Assembly (NCBI GenBank): GCA_039794085.1
Contig: JBDIWC010000032.1
Coordinates: 1-51,153 of the forward strand
DNA: 51,153 nucleotides
Reading direction: 5' to 3'
Source: Gemmatimonadales bacterium
GTDB taxonomy: Bacteria; Gemmatimonadota; Gemmatimonadetes; Gemmatimonadales; GWC2-71-9
The notes beneath the pieces were generated by a model. The model was not told the origin of the DNA, ran no database searches, and was given only the letters and a program-made list of their open reading frames with translations. Made by a program: the position numbers and the translations under genes. Of the stretch, positions 48,428-51,153 are shown in pieces. Each line of letters starts with the position of its first letter. Within the stretch, counting starts at the first letter, position 1.

Positions 48428-49570
48428 TCAAGGGGTCGCCTCGACTTCTGCCAGAAAGTGCAGCAGGCGGTCGATGTCCGTCTCGGTGTTGTACACGTGG
48501 GGGGTGACTCGCAAGGCATTCCCGCGCACGCTGACGTGGACGTTGGCCTCGCGAAGACGGGCTACGAGAGGTGACGGCACGCCTCCAGGAAAACGGATGC
48601 CGAGATAATGACCGGCCCGGTAGCCGGGAGGAGCCACGTCGAGGCCCAGGCCGACGGCGGCGTCGGCCAGGTGACCGGTGAGGGTGGACAGCGTGGCGTG
48701 GATCTCCTCGACCCCCCAATCGAGGAGTTGGCCGAGACCGGCCCGTGCCATCGGGGTCAGGGTGAAGTTGGAGACCTCCCCCATGTCGAAGCGTCGGGCG
48801 CCCGGCCGGAAACCGTCCCGGTAGCGCACCAGACCCGAAAAATCCTCCGCTCCCTCCCGGGTGATCCAGTTGAATTCGATGGGCCGCCCCCCCAGATGGT
48901 GTTCGGCCACGTAGAGGTAGCCCAGGCTGTAGGGCCCCAGGAGCCACTTGTATCCCGCCGCCACCAGGAAGTCGGGGCGTACCGCGGAGAGGTGCAGCGG
49001 GAGGGCGCCCAGGGACTGCGTGGCGTCGACCACCAGGGCCGCTCCCACCTCCCGGAGTCGGGTGCCGACCGCCACGAGGTCCACCAGGCCCCCATCGGTC
49101 CAGTGGCAGGGAGGAAGTGCCGCCACGGCGGTGCGTGCGTCGATGGCATCCAGCACGACCTCGGTCCAGTCATCATCGGCGGGGCGGGGCAGAAGGACCG
49201 TTTCCGCTCCCGCTTCCCGCGCCCGTTCCCGCCAGGGATAGACCAGGGAGGGGAAGCACTCGTCGAGCAGGAGAACCCGTTGTCCCGAGGACACCGGTAC
49301 GTTGCGTGCGGCCACCGCCATCCCGTAACTCGCCGAGGGAACCAGCGCCACCTGCTCCGGGGAACACCCCGCGATCTGGCCGAAGAGGATGCGGAGCTCC
49401 TCGCATTCGGCGAAGAAGTCATCCGATTGGATCAACCAGGGGTGGGCCTTCCGCTCCGCTCCGTGAGCCCCCGCGGTCACCGCGCTGCGGAGAAGGGGGG
49501 ACATATAGGCGCAGTTGAGGTAGGTCACTCCCTCGGGGATGTCGAACAGGTCGCGCTGGCAGGGGATCAT
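48428..49570 (-). CDS. Aminotransferase class V PLP-dependent enzyme
   Basis: YLNCAYMSP, VDATQSLG, GYKWLLGP, RVTPHVYN. Confidence 0.92.
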   Translation of the reverse strand: MIPCQRDLFDIPEGVTYLNCAYMSPLLRSAVTAGAHGAERKAHPWLIQSDDFFAECEELRILFGQIAGCSPEQVALVPSASYGMAVAARNVPVSSGQRVLLLDECFPSLVYPWRERAREAGAETVLLPRPADDDWTEVVLDAIDARTAVAALPPCHWTDGGLVDLVAVGTRLREVGAALVVDATQSLGALPLHLSAVRPDFLVAAGYKWLLGPYSLGYLYVAEHHLGGRPIEFNWITREGAEDFSGLVRYRDGFRPGARRFDMGEVSNFTLTPMARAGLGQLLDWGVEEIHATLSTLTGHLADAAVGLGLDVAPPGYRAGHYLGIRFPGGVPSPLVARLREANVHVSVRGNALRVTPHVYNTETDIDRLLHFLAEVEATP

Positions 49571-49740
49571 GACACCTCGGCGGGATCGGGTGACCCGGAT
49601 GCTACTGTGGTTGGGGCTGGAAGTCCAACGGGATGGTGGACGGCTGCGTAGTCAGGAAAGATTGCGTAACTTGCGGATCGCCTCGGGGGGATTCCTCCTC
49701 GGGATGGGTTGCGATTCCGATTCTGCAGCGCGAGGTATCC

Positions 49741-50871
49741 ATGCACAGCCATGTGAGAAAGTCCGGGATGGGGGCCCTGGGGGTCCTGCTTCTGCTGGGA
49801 ACACCGGGCCCTGTCACCGGTCAGCAGCCCCAGGGACCTCCGCCACCCGCGTGGAAAACCGACACCACCAACGCAATCATCGCCCTCGACAGCCTGAGCC
49901 GCACCGGGCGGCGGGACGGGATCCCCGCGATCGACGATCCGAAGTTCGAAAGCCAGACCGACGCGGCGCGGTGGCTCGACGATCGGGATCCGGTCGTGGC
50001 GCTGGCGATCGGCAGTGATGTCCGTGCCTATCCCGTCTCCATCCTCATGCACCACGATGCTGTGAACGACGTGGTGAACGGGGTGCCCGTGGCGGTGACC
50101 TTCTGCATCCTCTGCGGCAGCGCCATCGCCTACGATCGCCGGTTCGACGACCAGGTGCTGAGTTTCGGCTATGCCGGCATGCTCTACAACAGCAATCTCG
50201 TGCTGTACGACCGGCAGACCGAGACCTGGTGGGGCCAGATCGTGGGCCAGGGTCTGGTGGGCCGGTACGCGGGCCGGGAACTCACCCGGATTTCCGCACC
50301 CACCATGAGTTTCAAGGAGTACCGCCGCCAGACCTCCACGGGAACGGTCCTGTCGCGCAACACGGGGTTCGACCGTCCCTACGGCGAGGGGCGGCTCAAG
50401 GGATACGACGAGGACCCCAATCCGATCCGGCGCATCTTCCAGAAGGACACCGACGTGCGCCTCCCGGCCAAGGAGCGGGTGCTGGTGCTGGACGAGGGAG
50501 ACGATATCGTCGCGATTCCCTTCTCGGCGCTGACCGAACGGAAGGTGATCGCCACCCGGGTGGGCAGTCGCGACGTGGTGGCCTGGTGGAGCCCCGGAAC
50601 GGCGAGCATCTACGCCGATCGGGTGGCGGACGGAAAGGACGTGGGGGCCGCGGCCGGATTCGACCCGGTCGTGGAGGGTCGCCGCCTCACCTTCAGCGCC
50701 ACCACGGACGGGAGCTTCACCGACCGGCAGACCGGGTCCATCTGGAGCTTCGGCGGACGGGCCGTGAGCGGACCGATGGCGGGGAAGACCCTGACCCCGA
50801 TCGATGACGGGGTGCACTTCTGGTTCGTGTGGGCGGCGTACCGGCCGGGGACGCGGGTGGTGACGAAATAG
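49741..50871 (+). CDS. DUF3179 domain-containing exported protein
   Basis: DGIPAIDDP, RAYP, VTFCILCGS, LYDRQTETWWGQ, FWFVWAAY. Confidence 0.88.
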   Translation: MHSHVRKSGMGALGVLLLLGTPGPVTGQQPQGPPPPAWKTDTTNAIIALDSLSRTGRRDGIPAIDDPKFESQTDAARWLDDRDPVVALAIGSDVRAYPVSILMHHDAVNDVVNGVPVAVTFCILCGSAIAYDRRFDDQVLSFGYAGMLYNSNLVLYDRQTETWWGQIVGQGLVGRYAGRELTRISAPTMSFKEYRRQTSTGTVLSRNTGFDRPYGEGRLKGYDEDPNPIRRIFQKDTDVRLPAKERVLVLDEGDDIVAIPFSALTERKVIATRVGSRDVVAWWSPGTASIYADRVADGKDVGAAAGFDPVVEGRRLTFSATTDGSFTDRQTGSIWSFGGRAVSGPMAGKTLTPIDDGVHFWFVWAAYRPGTRVVTK

Positions 50872-51032
50872 GCGGTAGGCGGTAGGCGGTAGGCGATAGG
50901 CGGTAGGGGCGACGCATGCGTCGCCCGTGCTCCAGGTGGAAATGACAGGCTGTAGGCTGTAGGCGGTAGGTGGTAGGCGGTCGGTCCTATGTCCTATGTC
51001 CTATGTCCTATGTCCTATGTCCTATATCCTAT
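50869..51032. repeat. (TAGGCGG)n array, GTAG-REP with perfect 20-bp palindrome, further (TAGGCKG)n and (GTCCTAT)x6
   Basis: GTAG at 50903-50906 followed by GGGCGACGCATGCGTCGCCC at 50907-50926; GTCCTAT units at 50984-51025. Confidence 0.88.
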
Positions 51033-51153
51033 CACTAGTGTCCGGTTAACTTGCGGAGACGGCCTTGTAAGTATGCTGTTTCCGGCAGTTTAGGCGATTT
51101 GTCGCCTGTCACCGACTTGAGCCCGGCTTCGACTCCGGGCATCCTCCACTCCT

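Noticed and set aside
48428..49570. Class V PLP enzyme as kynureninase belonging to the trp operon
   Set aside because: Separated from the operon by the leader/attenuator; motifs do not let me assign kynureninase specifically.
51119..51150. tRNA/tmRNA 3' fragment (GCCCGG-CTTCGACT-CCGGGC...CTCCAC)
   Set aside because: The loop is 8 nt rather than a 7-nt T-loop; no acceptor partner, D arm or anticodon arm upstream.

Overview
GC-rich (visually ~70%) bacterial chromosome segment, most likely Gemmatimonadota (inferred from the ffs-dnaX-ybaB-recR-hyp-mglB-mglA-pgsA-cinA gene order). The coding content is mostly core genome: S8 protease, class II aldolase, YtxH/YihY/M14, the dnaX-cinA operon, grpE-dnaJ, mnmA/cysteine desulfurase, bshB1, a TolC-MFP-ABC exporter with four MacB-type permeases, a 1351-aa orphan sensor kinase, and an attenuated aroF-trpEGD(CF)BA-ridA operon of enteric type. 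Non-coding highlights are a dense DnaA-box/AT-rich cluster (candidate oriC, no dnaA in the window), an SRP RNA whose GNRA tetraloop is replaced by UUGCC, an intact ISL3 with an 8-bp TSD inserted in a palindromic repeat, and a RES-Xre TA module with a frameshifted toxin. Most striking, nearly every intergenic gap is a nested mosaic of non-autonomous repeats. These include heptamer arrays that start at stop codons, GTAG-REPs, 9/10-mer periodic palindromes, ISL3-like termini, and a ~310-bp element without terminal IRs that sits at TAG inside heptamer arrays. One repeat has entered trpE in frame. All calls were made by eye; no searches or folding were run.
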